Shown here piece by piece: positions 1 to 12,150 of a DNA stretch of 48,677 nucleotides (positions are counted from its first letter, which is position 1; each line of letters begins with the position of its first letter). The stretch is from Octopus bimaculoides (lineage: Eukaryota). Made by a program: the position numbers and the translations under genes. The notes under the pieces are model-generated. The model was not told the DNA's origin. It saw nothing but the letters and a program-made list of their open reading frames with translations, and did no database searches. Location: contig NC_069002.1 of the NCBI RefSeq assembly GCF_001194135.2, positions 37,186,674-37,235,350 of the forward strand. The letters run 5' to 3'.

Positions 1-79
<79 letters not shown>

Positions 80-130
80 TGTATATATATGTATGTATAT
101 ATGTCTATGACTGTCATATATATATATATA
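1..130. repeat. (AT)n microsatellite (one of many)
   Basis: Read directly. Similar (AT)n, (GT)n and (GAT)n tracts at about 7620-7810, 8955-9050, 9430-9490, 18100-18160, 19860-19990, 20445-20520, 30160-30265 and 41830-41885. Confidence 0.95.
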
Positions 131-1889
131 TATGACAGAAAAAGGATTAGTATCGAAAGATCACCATATATATATGTATGTAATTTTTCGTCAGTGCTAT
201 AGTGCCTTTAGCATTTCAAATGCCTTGGAAACTTTCGAAAGTACACGAAATTGAATGAGTAAACAGAATATCCTGCGCTGTTGTGAAATGAAAGTGGGAA
301 GTTGGCCAAGCCATTGTATTCTTAATGCCAGGATATTTGTTATAAAGATTGTGATTTTATCTGCATGTTCGTTCGTGTTCACTACATTTGCCTCTCTAGT
401 GTTATGGAAAAATTGGAAGCAACAATCGTAGCTGTAGTCGCAGTTATGAAAGCACGAGCGCAGACGGCGCCAAAAAAGCGTCACTTCAAAATTGAGAATT
501 TACCCTCCACTCGAAATGCGAGCGAAAATCTAATGAAATGACTTCAATGGGAAAATAATACGAATCTAATAAAAACTTCCTACCTGCCACTGTTAACCAA
601 TATAAAAATTGAAAATTAAACAGTTGACATTAAAAAAAAAAACTGTCTACGTAAGGGAAAGTCGAAGCTAGGGCAATCATTAATTGAAAAAGAGAAAAAC
701 ATTTCCATAATCACATTTTGAAAGGTTCACTCTCACTTCAAATTATACATTCACATTCCAGAAAATGGCATTTGACAAGGCAGAAAACGGTTTTAAAGAT
801 TATATTTTCGCAATCCTTTAGTTGTTAGATGTTACACAACTACAACAGGTGAGTGTGCTGGCAGTCGTACGTTTGAAAGATATATACGTGGATGTAGTAT
901 GGAGATAGATAACATCAGTTTTTATAAATATAACGCTTCACCGAGTCCTGCAAAACCTTTTGATGAAGGCATGAACATCACTAATTCCTATAGATTTTCT
1001 CTCGTTAAGCCCACGCTACTATCACCCGTTCAAACAACACATTCCTAAATGCTCTTCGGATGCCATTTCAGCCTTTAAAAGCGGAAGAAAAAGCAACGTT
1101 GCACGTTGAAAAATGTACCCTTGTATCTGTCAGGCGCACACGTATGTGGAGAATGTCGTATTGGTTGGCCAATCTGTTCCTCTCAGTAAATAGTGCCAGA
1201 GACGACTGTAGCAGTGGTGGCGCTCACACATACATAACCATCTCTTCCCCCCAAATCAGGTAGTAGTCGTAAGATTGGTTTGTTGTGTTTCGGCCGAGCT
1301 GCTGCTACTACTACTACTTCGAGCTGGCAAGAATAATAAACAGCAAACGAGCACCAGTGAGGCCGTTTATGTATGTGTGGAGAGAGAGGGCTTTTCTCTA
1401 CCATTGCACACACTGGTGGATGATGGATGCTCGCCCGAAGCGGTTGACCAGTCTCATCCGACACAAGCACACGACTTGTATTTACGAAAAGGAAACATAC
1501 AGACTGTTTGTGCTTTTATTTTGAACAGAAATAAGGGGCAAAGAGTCACAGACTAACTTCGATCGATCACAACAGTTTGGTAAAAGTTATTTTTCATAGA
1601 AGAAAAAGCTAACACAACAAGAAACCTTTAAAATTAAAAACAGATTTAGAATTGTAGTAAAAATTTGACTTTCGCAGAAATATTAGCATTTTAAAAAATC
1701 AACGTAAATAAGTAAAAAGTTTATAATCATGAAATCAGTTGATAATTGCCAGAAAATGCTCTTTGCGAAAGCATGAAGCTTACAGAAATTGTTTTTATCA
1801 TTTCAAAACAATTCATCTAAAATCGATATACTTTGTATACAACATGCAGATTTAACTGACTGATGTCTTTCTATATATATATATATATA

Positions 1890-2080
1890 TATATAAACTA
1901 TATTTATGCAATCTATATATAAACAATATTTGTGTAATCTATATATAAACAATATTTATGTAATCTATATATAAACAATATTTATGTAATCTATATATAT
2001 ATATATAAACTATATTTATGCGAACTATATATATGTAATCTATATATATAAACTATAATCTATATAAACTATATACATTA
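1890..2080. repeat. AT-rich ~26-bp tandem repeat
   Basis: Repeated TATATATAAACAATATTTATGTAATC units mixed with (AT)n. Confidence 0.8.
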
Positions 2081-5030
2081 TATATATAATCCTGACCAGT
2101 AAATATTGGATTCAAATTTATAAATAAAGTGAAAGACGTAAGTAAAACGCAAAAAAAAAACAGAAAAACAAATGTGTTGTTGGGTAAAAATAAGAGAGCA
2201 TGAGGTTGATTGGAAGATTTCAAAGGTAAATAAATATAGAAAAAAAAAACAAAACGAAAGCTAAATGGTCTGAAAATGATATTTAGAGAGAAATACATTA
2301 ATGGAAGATGGCCCAGATCATGGAGATTTTAAGATGTGAAATCATCCAGAAATCTAACGGAAACACTGGTGGTTGGAATGGCAGGTAATTTGAAAAAGAA
2401 ACGAGGTAAAACAGAAACCCTGTTGTCCTTGCGTTTAGTGCCACAATCACCATCTCTTTCTCTCTCGTTCTACTTGCAAAGCTTTCTCTATCCATAAGAC
2501 TTCATTTGATTCTCTTATTCAGTGTGTGTGTGTGTGTGGCTGTATGTGTGCGTGCGTGTGTGTGATGCTACGAAGACATTGGCGAGAGGAAAAATAAGAG
2601 AGAAACCACAACAATTAAAACAAATAAGCACAGTTGAGAAGTCACTGTCACAGACATATTGCAACTCCTTGCAAACAGGGCGACATAAACATTGAATATT
2701 GACGATTCCAACAACAAGGTGGTTCAAACTGACCTGAATTTATGTGACAATTGTAACAGCTTAACCTCAAACAAACGAGCTCGCCGCCATCATATATTGC
2801 TTCTACGAAATTTTCCTCTCATGCTTCATTGGTTGATATTTATGGAAAATAAAGTCAGCGTTCTCAAAAATTGACCTTTTCAATTTTCTTTATCGAAAGC
2901 ATGTTTAAGATATTCAAAAATATTTTTTGCGATAAATTTTGTAACTATATCCGTTAAACATAAATATTATAGAATTTGTATTTTAATCTTTCAGAGATGT
3001 TGCTTTCATTCACTGCAGTCCGCTGCTTTTAAATCGGCGGGAAACTTGGGGGTTGAAACCAAACAAAGAAATCTCATGTGGCTCAACTAAAACAAACAAC
3101 ACAACAGATTCCTTGATAATAAAATAACGCGTCAGAATTTTCTTCTCTCAAGTTTAGTCTATTGTAAGATAGCAGTGAACCCGTTGTAAATATGTGGTGA
3201 AAGACGGATATTATTACCTGTGAATTGCAATGCTTTAATATTTAAATAAATGTAACAAACGGAAAAAAATCAGTATATTAGTCTACTCATGACTAACTAA
3301 CTTTATTTACAAACTAACTTATTGACACATTCTACCACTTAGCTTTCAGTTCTAGTGATTGTAATTACCTGTTCATAATTAGCCAGCATGGTGCTGTTAA
3401 AATGCAACAATATAATTTCACTACAAATTGATTTTTAATTCCTTGTCAAACAAAAGAAAATATCGAAACTCTTATTAACCACACACGCATAAACATTTAT
3501 ATATATATATATATATATATACCCGTGTGCAGTAAAGGTGACGGCGTCCGCCAAATTTATTGCAGTCCAGCGTTTCACAGGGAAGTTTGCAAAATAAAAA
3601 TGAAATTCAAACGGGGACACGTCGGCTGTCGGTCGTCCGTTATTTTTGTTGGTCAAAAAAAATGACGTTTAATTAAGCGTTACATGGCGGGGTTTTCAAC
3701 GCAGTAAACAGATTTTCTTCTCGGTGAAACTATTTTCTCTCGTTAGACCGTGGATAATTACTGTATTAAATATATGTAAAGAAAACAGAATCGTAAATTA
3801 TTAATTAAAAACATTCTAGTTTCATTGAACTTATAATGTTTATTCGTAACAGAGGTTTCTCTTAATTTTCTAAATTTCATATTAAGAAAAGTGAAATATA
3901 GTCTTCGGTTGGCTTATAACATCGACAATAAATTTCAGAAAAATAAATGATGAATTTGAGAAAAAAAGGAAAATAATGTCAAAACCGCAATGAACGCTGG
4001 ACGAAATGCTTCTGAGTTCAAATTCTGTCAGAAGCACTTTGGGTTGTTTTTTTTTTAATCGTTCGCCCGTTTACTGTCGAAACAGGTTCTAATAGAACAT
4101 TAATATTGAATTACTCGATTTAAGTGCGTTATCTTCTTTCATCACAGAAACAAGAGGGAAGAGAGAGATGGAGGGTGAGAGACGGAACAAAAGATGTTCA
4201 TTTGCCAAGTTAAAATAAAATTCATAAATTCTCTTTAGCAAAATGACTGATTTAAGGCGCCTTTCATCAGAATCGTTATTAATATACCAGTGGCATATCA
4301 CGGATCAGTTAATTCACCTTTGTATATATTACAAAAACTGCAAAAATTGGTCTCGTGCTGCGTCAACGAAATTCAATATTTTGAAACCATGGTATAATTT
4401 AAGGTAAGTCACAGGTAGCCATTGGATTGCGGTACGTAGAGAAATAGAGACTAATTTTATTTTGCTAAAGACTTACCTGAAATACTGCCCTGAGTTCAAA
4501 TTCCACCAATGTCAACTTTACCTTTCATCCCTTTGGGGTTGATTAAATAAATAGCAGTTGAACACTGGGGTTAATTTCCCTACTCCTAGAATTGTTGGCC
4601 TTGTGCCAAAATTCGAATTCAGTATCTATATTACTTATTAAATGGCAAGCTGGCGGAGTCGTTAGCACATCAAACTAAATGGAATCATCATCATCTGGGA
4701 TTAACTAATGCAGCATTGAAGAGGCATTCTGTCATGTTGCATACTTGTCTGATGTGGACATTAAAACCATGCTGATGGTGGTGATGATAATGATGATGAT
4801 GATGATGAGGGTGATGGTGATGATGAATTAGAAATATTTCCACTGAGATAAACTTGGGAGATGCTGAAACTAAAGAATAAAAGAGATTTTTTGACTTGAA
4901 ACTTCTTTTGCTGTCTACTTAAGAGATATTGATTTTTTTTAAAGAATTTTGTAATGATATTTTAATTTAAAGGTCAGTCTTTTGAAAATGTCATTTAACT
5001 AATTATAAACTATGATTGTTATGCAATGAT

Positions 5031-5460
5031 GGTGCCGTATAAAAAGCACCTGTGCTGGTGCCATGTAAAATGAACCCATGCTGGTGCCACTTATAAAATA
5101 CCCATGATGGTGCCACATAGAAAGCACCCTTACTGATTTCACATATAAAGCACCTATGCTGGTTCCGGGTAGAAAGTACCCACAATGGTACCACATATAA
5201 AGTACCTGTGCTGGTGTCACATAAAAAGCACCCATGGTGACACCATGTAAAAAGCTCCCATGCCGGTGTCACATAAAGAGCACCCAGTACACTCTGTAAA
5301 GTGGTTGGTGTTAGGGAAGGGCATCCAGCCATAGAAACCAACCCAAAGCAGACAACTGGAGTCTGGTGCTGCTCTCCGGCTTGCCAGCTCCTGTCAAACC
5401 ATCCAACCCATGCCAGCATGGAAAACAGCTGTCAAATGATGATGGTGATGATGATGATGA
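5031..5460 (+). mobile_element. SINE/RTE-tail family C with an internal ~26-bp tandem array and (GAT)n tail
   Basis: About 10 units of GGTGCCACATAAAAAGCACCCATGCT, then GTGGTTGGTGTTAGGGAAGGGCATCCAGCCATAGAAAC..GCATGGAAAA..(GAT)n. Related copies at about 27831-28053, 36803-36950, 37130-37265 (minus) and 39050-39250. Confidence 0.7.
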
Positions 5461-6234
5461 GGATCCCACCCCCTCTACCATTTCACTAACCTTCATTGTT
5501 TACTAAACCTGTGCTTATCTCCAGTTTCTGAGGCACTAAACTGGTTAGAGACGCCAACCACCACCACCACCTCCACAACAGAACATCTGCATGTTGAATC
5601 ACAGTTGTTAAGAGTATTATTACTCTCAGTTTAAAAATAAAAGAGCTTCTTGGTCTGAATTCAGTCTGATTCTTCGTGCCCATCCAAGAATAAAATACCT
5701 GTTAACGATCTGAGATGAAACTGACCAAAATATAGTTAAAATCTTAATTGTTTCAGCCATTATGCTACTATGCTGGAGGACTGCCTTGAAGAGTTTTTAC
5801 TTGACTGAATCGACCCCCCCCCTCCCCAGTACTTTCAGTTTCTGTCTACCACATCCACTCACAAAGCTTTGGACAGCCTGAGGAGACACTTGCTCAAGGT
5901 GCCATGTGATGGGACTAAACCTGGAGCCAGGTTACTTGAAAGCAAACTTCTTATCACATCACCATACCTGTTGGCTTAATGGACATAGATGTCAAATATA
6001 GGTGGTGCAACAGTAGCCCTATCAGAGCCAATGGAGGAGTTCCTTCTTGGTGGCTCAGCCTGCTAGAAATAGAAACCAAGTTTTCCTCAAATCAAGCATC
6101 TTCATCTCAAACATAGAAGAACATACTGGTGAAGGTGGTACTATGTTCCCTTAAATAATGAGATGGTCATGGCTAGAATTCTTTTGATCCTAGGTCTGCA
6201 CAGTTAGGGCTGACCTGGGGTCAAACAACATCAT

Positions 6235-6520
6235 TGGATTTAGGGTACCCTGCTGCTCTTTTCCACTCGGGTTGCCACTTTAGTGACACCATACAATCAC
6301 TTTCTCGGACTTGTCTGAAGATGTGTCTGATCCAGTTCCAGCATCTGCATCCTATTTTGTCAATGGTCCTGTTGATGCCCATTGTTGTTTCAAGTGTCCT
6401 TTGAGATTCTTTGCAGCCACTTGATCTTGAGTACTCTCCTTAAGCATGTGAATTGGAAGCAGTCTATTGTTTTGACTTCCATTTTTGTTGCTTTCCAGTT
6501 TTCACATCCATAGATTAATA
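6235..6520 (-). mobile_element. RTE LINE C-terminal remnant
   Basis: RVLKIKWLQRIS..IGCRCWNWIRHIFRQ..SLKWQPEWKRAAGYPK, matching the RTE RRWxWxGHxLR..WxPxGKRxxGRPK tail. Confidence 0.6.
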
Positions 6521-7259
6521 CTTATCAGACCAATATCTTGATTGACAAGAAAAGGAGATGAGAAACATGGAGAGAAGCTGGAATGAGAGACCAGAACAGT
6601 GGTAGAAAACAGAGCTGGTTGGAGAGATCGTGTTGTGACCTTATGGAGAGACCAAACTTAACAACACAATGAGCACTATAGTGTTTACCCATGCCCTGTT
6701 GTTAGGTTTCAGGGATGAACACTGGTCCTGTTATACTGGGCCTTAATAGAAATTGTCAAACCTTTGCCCCATTTTCAACCAACTCTTTTTTTACCATAAC
6801 ATAAAAGCATATTTGGTTTGAATGATTAAGGAATATTTCCCATGTTGTTAACAGAATAGAATTCTTGTTTGTATCAGAAACAGTGTAATGCTGTAGGAAA
6901 CCAGTCTAAACTAGTCTTTATAGAAGTGTGAAGTCTCTGTGAAAAAGGATGTTTTGGTGGAGTATAATGGTAATATTGTTGTTTTTGTATAGCCCTTGGC
7001 CAATTTTGATTGAGCTGACTTATGAGCAAAGACATTCTAAATGTGACCATCCCATCTTTCTTTTTTTTTTCTTTTACATTTTTGGAAATTATTTATTTCT
7101 CAACCTACATTATCCTTTTTGAAAATGGTTGGAAATAATTTGAGGGAAATTAGGCTGGCTACTATCTTTAGCTGTCGGAAAAACCCCTGTAGAGGCTTGA
7201 GTGAAATAGTGTGTTGTGGTAGACAGTGTAGGGCAGGTGTTGTCTAGCCACAGGACAGG

Positions 7260-7623
7260 GAAACCATGGAAAGGAAGTGTTTGACAAGACCCTGTGATTC
7301 AGAGGTTGTCATTAAGAAACCGTTTCTATACTGCTGCTGGAATTTCTCGCCAAGTGAATTGTGATTATGGAATGAACGTATCTCAGAAGAATGTGACTTG
7401 TCATTTGAAGGAAGTTGAACTTCATGCCCATTCCCCCACTACCAAACCTCTCGCAAGTAGCTTTTGCCAATGAGTATGTACTTTGAACAACTAGTCACGT
7501 GTGTTCTTCAGTGACAAATGTAAGTTCAATTTTGTTGGCTCTGATAAGACATTATGAAGGCGAACGTTGGGAAGTAGAAATGTAAATATCTTTATTTTTG
7601 GTCTCTAATTTTGGCCACTTCTG
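7260..7623 (+). mobile_element. Tc1 internal-deletion remnant
   Basis: RNRFYTAAGISRQ..NVSQKNVTCHLKEVELHAHSPTTKPL and VFFSDKCKFNFVGSD, joined to a right TIR ..AATTTTGGCCACTTCTG. Confidence 0.7.
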
Positions 7624-7719
7624 TGTGTGTGTGTGTGTGTGTGTGCATATAGGATTGCTTGTAGAAATACATAAATCCAGAGGTGAAGCACACTCTAAGA
7701 TGTAGAGCAGTTAATACCC

Positions 7720-7778
<59 letters not shown>

Positions 7779-9008
7779 ATATGTATGTATGTATATATGT
7801 ATATGTATGTATGTATGTAATTATGTATGCATGCATACACACACATACATACATATATACTCGTGCAAAACATACATTTAAATATTGTCATATGCATACA
7901 TACACACATACAGAGTCATTGAACTTTTTCACACACAGTTTACCTATTTATGATTTGAAAACTGCTTAACCTTGTATTGTATTTTCTTTTGGTGTGGGTT
8001 TGTGGGTAGTAGCTGTTTTCTCAAGTGTCATCCATCTCAGGAATTGTTTCATGTGATGCAATTGTCAAGATATTTGCAGTACCGGTCTTTTTATTGTACA
8101 ATGAAAAAGAGTAAGTAAAACTTGCTTAGAAATTATACGTAAATACATATATGTACATCTATCTATCTATCTATCTATCTATCTATATGCACACACACAC
8201 ACACACATACCTACCTTTATTAATATTTAGCAGAAGCAACAGAGTGATTCAAGTGCTGAGAGTTTCGTGCATTGGCACTTAACAAACTAGTTACAGGTCA
8301 AAGTGCTGTGGGTTTATATTCCTGGCTAAAAGTTGTATTTCTCTGAAATGTTCTTGAACAAATTTTAAAAACACACACATATATATTATATATGAGAGAA
8401 TATATATAAATTAGAAATATAAGCATATAGATGTACATGCCTATATATGTGCATACATACATACACATGCACGCATTTATATATCATACATATATATTGT
8501 TGCGAAATGTGGCCTCCTGACACCAACACAGCTCCAACAATCAAGTCAGCAGCTGGAAACTGCAGGCCAGCCCAGCAAGCCTTCTTCCTTAGAGAGGAAG
8601 AAGTAGTTGTTCCCAGCTGGATGTCTTGCATAATGTGTTGCTTAGTTCACTTCGACTGGTCATGCGGCATCTTTTCTCCAACTGTCTCCATTGCCGACTT
8701 CACACTGACTGTTCATATCTCCCAAAAACTCATACACAATGTGTTCATTCACTAATTTATATTATCCACCTCACAGTAAAAGCATGAAAAAAAAACAAAA
8801 AAAAACGTGCAGCATGTTTTAAATCAATCACATGATTAATGAACATTATTTCTCATTATTGGCTTTCTTTTCTAGAACTAAGAACAATATTTAATTTTCA
8901 AGGCAAGGAGCACCATTTAAAATTATATTTATCAGAATATTTCTCCTTTGTAACAATATATATATATATAGATAGATAGATAGATATAGATATATATGTA
9001 TGTATATG

Positions 9009-9056
<48 letters not shown>

Positions 9057-9112
9057 TAAACCTTGGGAGAGGCATTATGCCGGTAATAAACACACGCACT
9101 GGTTCAGTCCTT

Positions 9113-9277
9113 TATTAATTTATATAGTTTTTTGTTAAATTATTTCATTGCACTCTTGCAATCTCTTCAGTAACTTGTCTCTCCACATTCAAAATAAATG
9201 GAAGTGGAGAGACAAGTTACTGAAGAGATTGCAAGAGTGCAATGAAATAATTTTAAAAAAAACTATATAAATTAATA
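9113..9277. repeat. Near-perfect inverted repeat: 74-bp arms, 17-nt spacer
   Basis: 9113-9186 is the reverse complement of 9204-9277 with 2 mismatches; it abuts an N-gap. Confidence 0.93.
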
Positions 9278-9387
9278 NNNNNNNNNNNNNNNNNNNNNNN
9301 NNNNNNNNNNNNNNNNNNNNNNNNNNNNNNNNNNNNNNNNNNNNNNNNNNNNNNNNNNNNNNNNNNNNNNNNNNNNNNNNNNNNNNN
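9278..9387. other. Assembly gap (110 N)
   Basis: N run. Confidence 1.
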
Positions 9388-9430
9388 ATTTCTTTCAACA
9401 CACGTATCCACATCAAGAATCTTGCACACG

Positions 9431-9477
<47 letters not shown>

Positions 9478-10124
9478 AACACACACACACATACCTTTCC
9501 GTGCATGTCCACTCCACACACACACGTTGGCAACATTCATTAATTTCTTGAAAATGGAGTCATAACCCCAAAATATTGAATGCAAGGTAAGTCTACATTA
9601 ATTCATATATTTATTTCTTGTGATTTACTTTGCATTTATTTTGCACTGGCAGAGATACCCGGCATTGCCCGTGTTACAGGCAATTGAAGAATTAGACTTT
9701 TCTGTTATATTTTCTCTAATGAACTGGAATACCTATGATTTGAATGTCATCAAACTTGCAAATGAGGGTTCTTTCCCTCTTTACACACCCTAAAAAATTC
9801 TAATCATGACACATGTATCCCATACTACTGATCTTTATGTGCAGATTCCAAAATTCCAGTCTTATGGAACCTGATAAAAGGATTTTGCTCATGAAAAATG
9901 GAGGTCATGGAGGTCTAAAATGTGGGAGTTAAGGCCCCTATTGGGGGTGGATGCCTTAATGTCAACCAGAGAAGTTGAATTGTTGAGGATCTTTTTAAGT
10001 TGGGTCTTGTTCGAATTTGTTTGAAATAGGAAATATATGTAAAAGAAAGCAAATATTTGTAAAGACAGCAAATCACTGTGCTGAGGTCTTGTGATTTGGT
10101 GGTAATTACATCACACAGTCCCTT

Positions 10125-10700
10125 CATGAACTTATTAGTGCAGTCTGGAGGGATGGTGCAATCCCTAAGGACTGGAAGGATGCAATTATTCTTCCTCTAT
10201 ATAAAGGAAAAGAGCCAGAACAATGTGCGGTAACTACAGAGGCATTGCTCTACTATCAGCTGCTGGCAGGGTTCTGGCAAATATTCTTCTTACCCGCCTG
10301 AATGGGTGTCTCGTAAATGATGTCCTATCTGAATATCAATGTGGCTTCCGATCTGGTAGAGGGACAATGGATATGATTTTCACAGCAAGACAGATGCAGA
10401 AGTGCTATGAGCAGAATATGGATCTTGTCCAGGTATTCATTGATTTAACAAAGGCTTTTGATACTGTAAATAGGGCCTCCCTATGGAAAATACTTGGCAA
10501 ACTTGGATGTCCAGATCACTTTGTATCTATAATTAAATCATTCCATGATGGGATGGAGGCTTGGGTCAATGTTGGTGGTGGCATGGCGGGACTTTCCTGT
10601 AGAGAATGGTGTCAAGCAGGGTGACATCCTTGCCCCAACTCTCTTTTCTTTGTACTTTGCTGCTGCTTTTACTCATGCTTTTGCTAAGGTTAGCTTTCTT
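10125..10700 (+). mobile_element. RTE-clade LINE reverse transcriptase fragment
   Basis: IPKDWKDAIILPLYKGK..CGNYRGIALLS..EYQCGFRSGRGTMDMIF..FIDLTKAFDTVNR..GVKQGDILAPTLFSLYF; frameshifted and truncated. Confidence 0.92.
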
Positions 10701-11654
10701 GGAATATATGTCAGAAAAAGTCCTAGGATCAATTCATTTGACTAAAAATTCTGCAAGGTGGTGCCCCAGCATGGCCACAATCTAATAACCGAAACAAGTA
10801 AAAGATTCAAAAGAGAAACTGTAATAAACAACATTTATTATTATATAATAGTTTAATGTCATTTTGATTTTTTTCTCATGGATTTTCATACATATTACTT
10901 AAATGCCATAGAAATTAAGGGAGGTAAAACGTAATGAACAGAAAGTTGTTGGTTGTTCATAATATTTATAAAATGGATTGTTGTTTTTCTTCTTCTTTCC
11001 AGGCACCAACAAACCAAAAGGCTGGTGTGAGAGAAAACATGTTTAAATAAAATTACACAGAAAAAAAACCAAACAAAACAAAAAATTATCAGACCATATT
11101 TTTACCTTGTGACAATAGTTTATACATCAGAAAGTCTACCTGCAGGAACAGATGTGGTTAGGTCCTTCTTATAGACATAGGAGAGGATCTGGCTTCAGTT
11201 GCTTGTTTGAGGTCCTTACAAATAACTGGTTTAAATAAGGACAAAACCCTTTCTTGTTTAGATAATTACAAAAGCCGTCATTACTGCATTTATCCACACA
11301 CTGGCTGAAGACAACACTTTATTGAGAATTATATCAAGAAGAGAACCAGATAATTTCTTCTGTATAAATGCTGGTAACAAATCCATACTCAAAAGCGACC
11401 CTGAACTCAGTCAAGTGCACACACACCTTGTATAAGCAACTTATTCTTTAGTCATAATTCCATCCACATCAAGGATGCCTTACAGGAAAATTGAGTCAAA
11501 CCAGTATTTAACTAGTACTTGATTTTTATTGACCTTGGAAGGGAATGCAAAGTTGACATAACCAAGAATTGAAATAAGAATGTAGAAGACCATAACAAAA
11601 TACTGCAGGCATTTTCTCCAACACTGTCAAATATTCTGTTAACCAATGCCAACT

Positions 11655-12150
11655 AGCTCAGACCACCTATATCACTCACCAAGGTCAAATGGGTCAGACC
11701 ACTTATACCACCCACCAAGGTCAAATGGTTTACTACACACCAAGGTTAAATGGTTGAGACCACCTCTACCATTCAACAAGGGGAAATGGTTTAGTCCACT
11801 TCTACAACTGACCAAGGACAAATGCTTCAGACCACCTCTACCACCCACCAAGGTCAAATGGTTTAGTCCCCATCTACCACCAACTAAAATCAAATGGTTC
11901 AGACAACTTCTACGACCCACAAAGGTCAAATGGCTCAGAGTGCCTCTACTACTCACCAAGGTCAAATTGTTTAGCCCACCTCTACAACCCACAAAGGTCA
12001 AATGGTTCAGACCACCCCTACTACTAACCAAAGTCAAAATGTTTAGCCCTCCACTATGACACACCAAAGTCAAATGGTTTCATCCATTTCTACCACTGAC
12101 CAAGGTCAAATCATTTAGCCCTCCTCTACCATCAACCAAGGCCAAAAGAG
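11655..12150. repeat. 36-bp minisatellite, about 14 diverged units
   Basis: Consensus ACCACCTCTACCACCCACCAAGGTCAAATGGTT(C/T)AG; the third unit is shortened. Confidence 0.92.

Noticed and set aside
255-431. 58-aa plus ORF with a hydrophobic stretch (IFVIKIVILSACSFVFTTFASLVLW), antisense to the 95-aa ORF at 197-484
   Set aside because: No recognisable homology; hydrophobic short ORFs are expected by chance in AT-rich DNA.
7592-9585. YIYI/CVCV/HTHT-rich ORFs here and elsewhere
   Set aside because: Translations of dinucleotide microsatellites; no protein signal.
11655-12150. CRISPR-like array
   Set aside because: Contiguous diverged units with no unique spacers and no cas genes, in a eukaryotic context.
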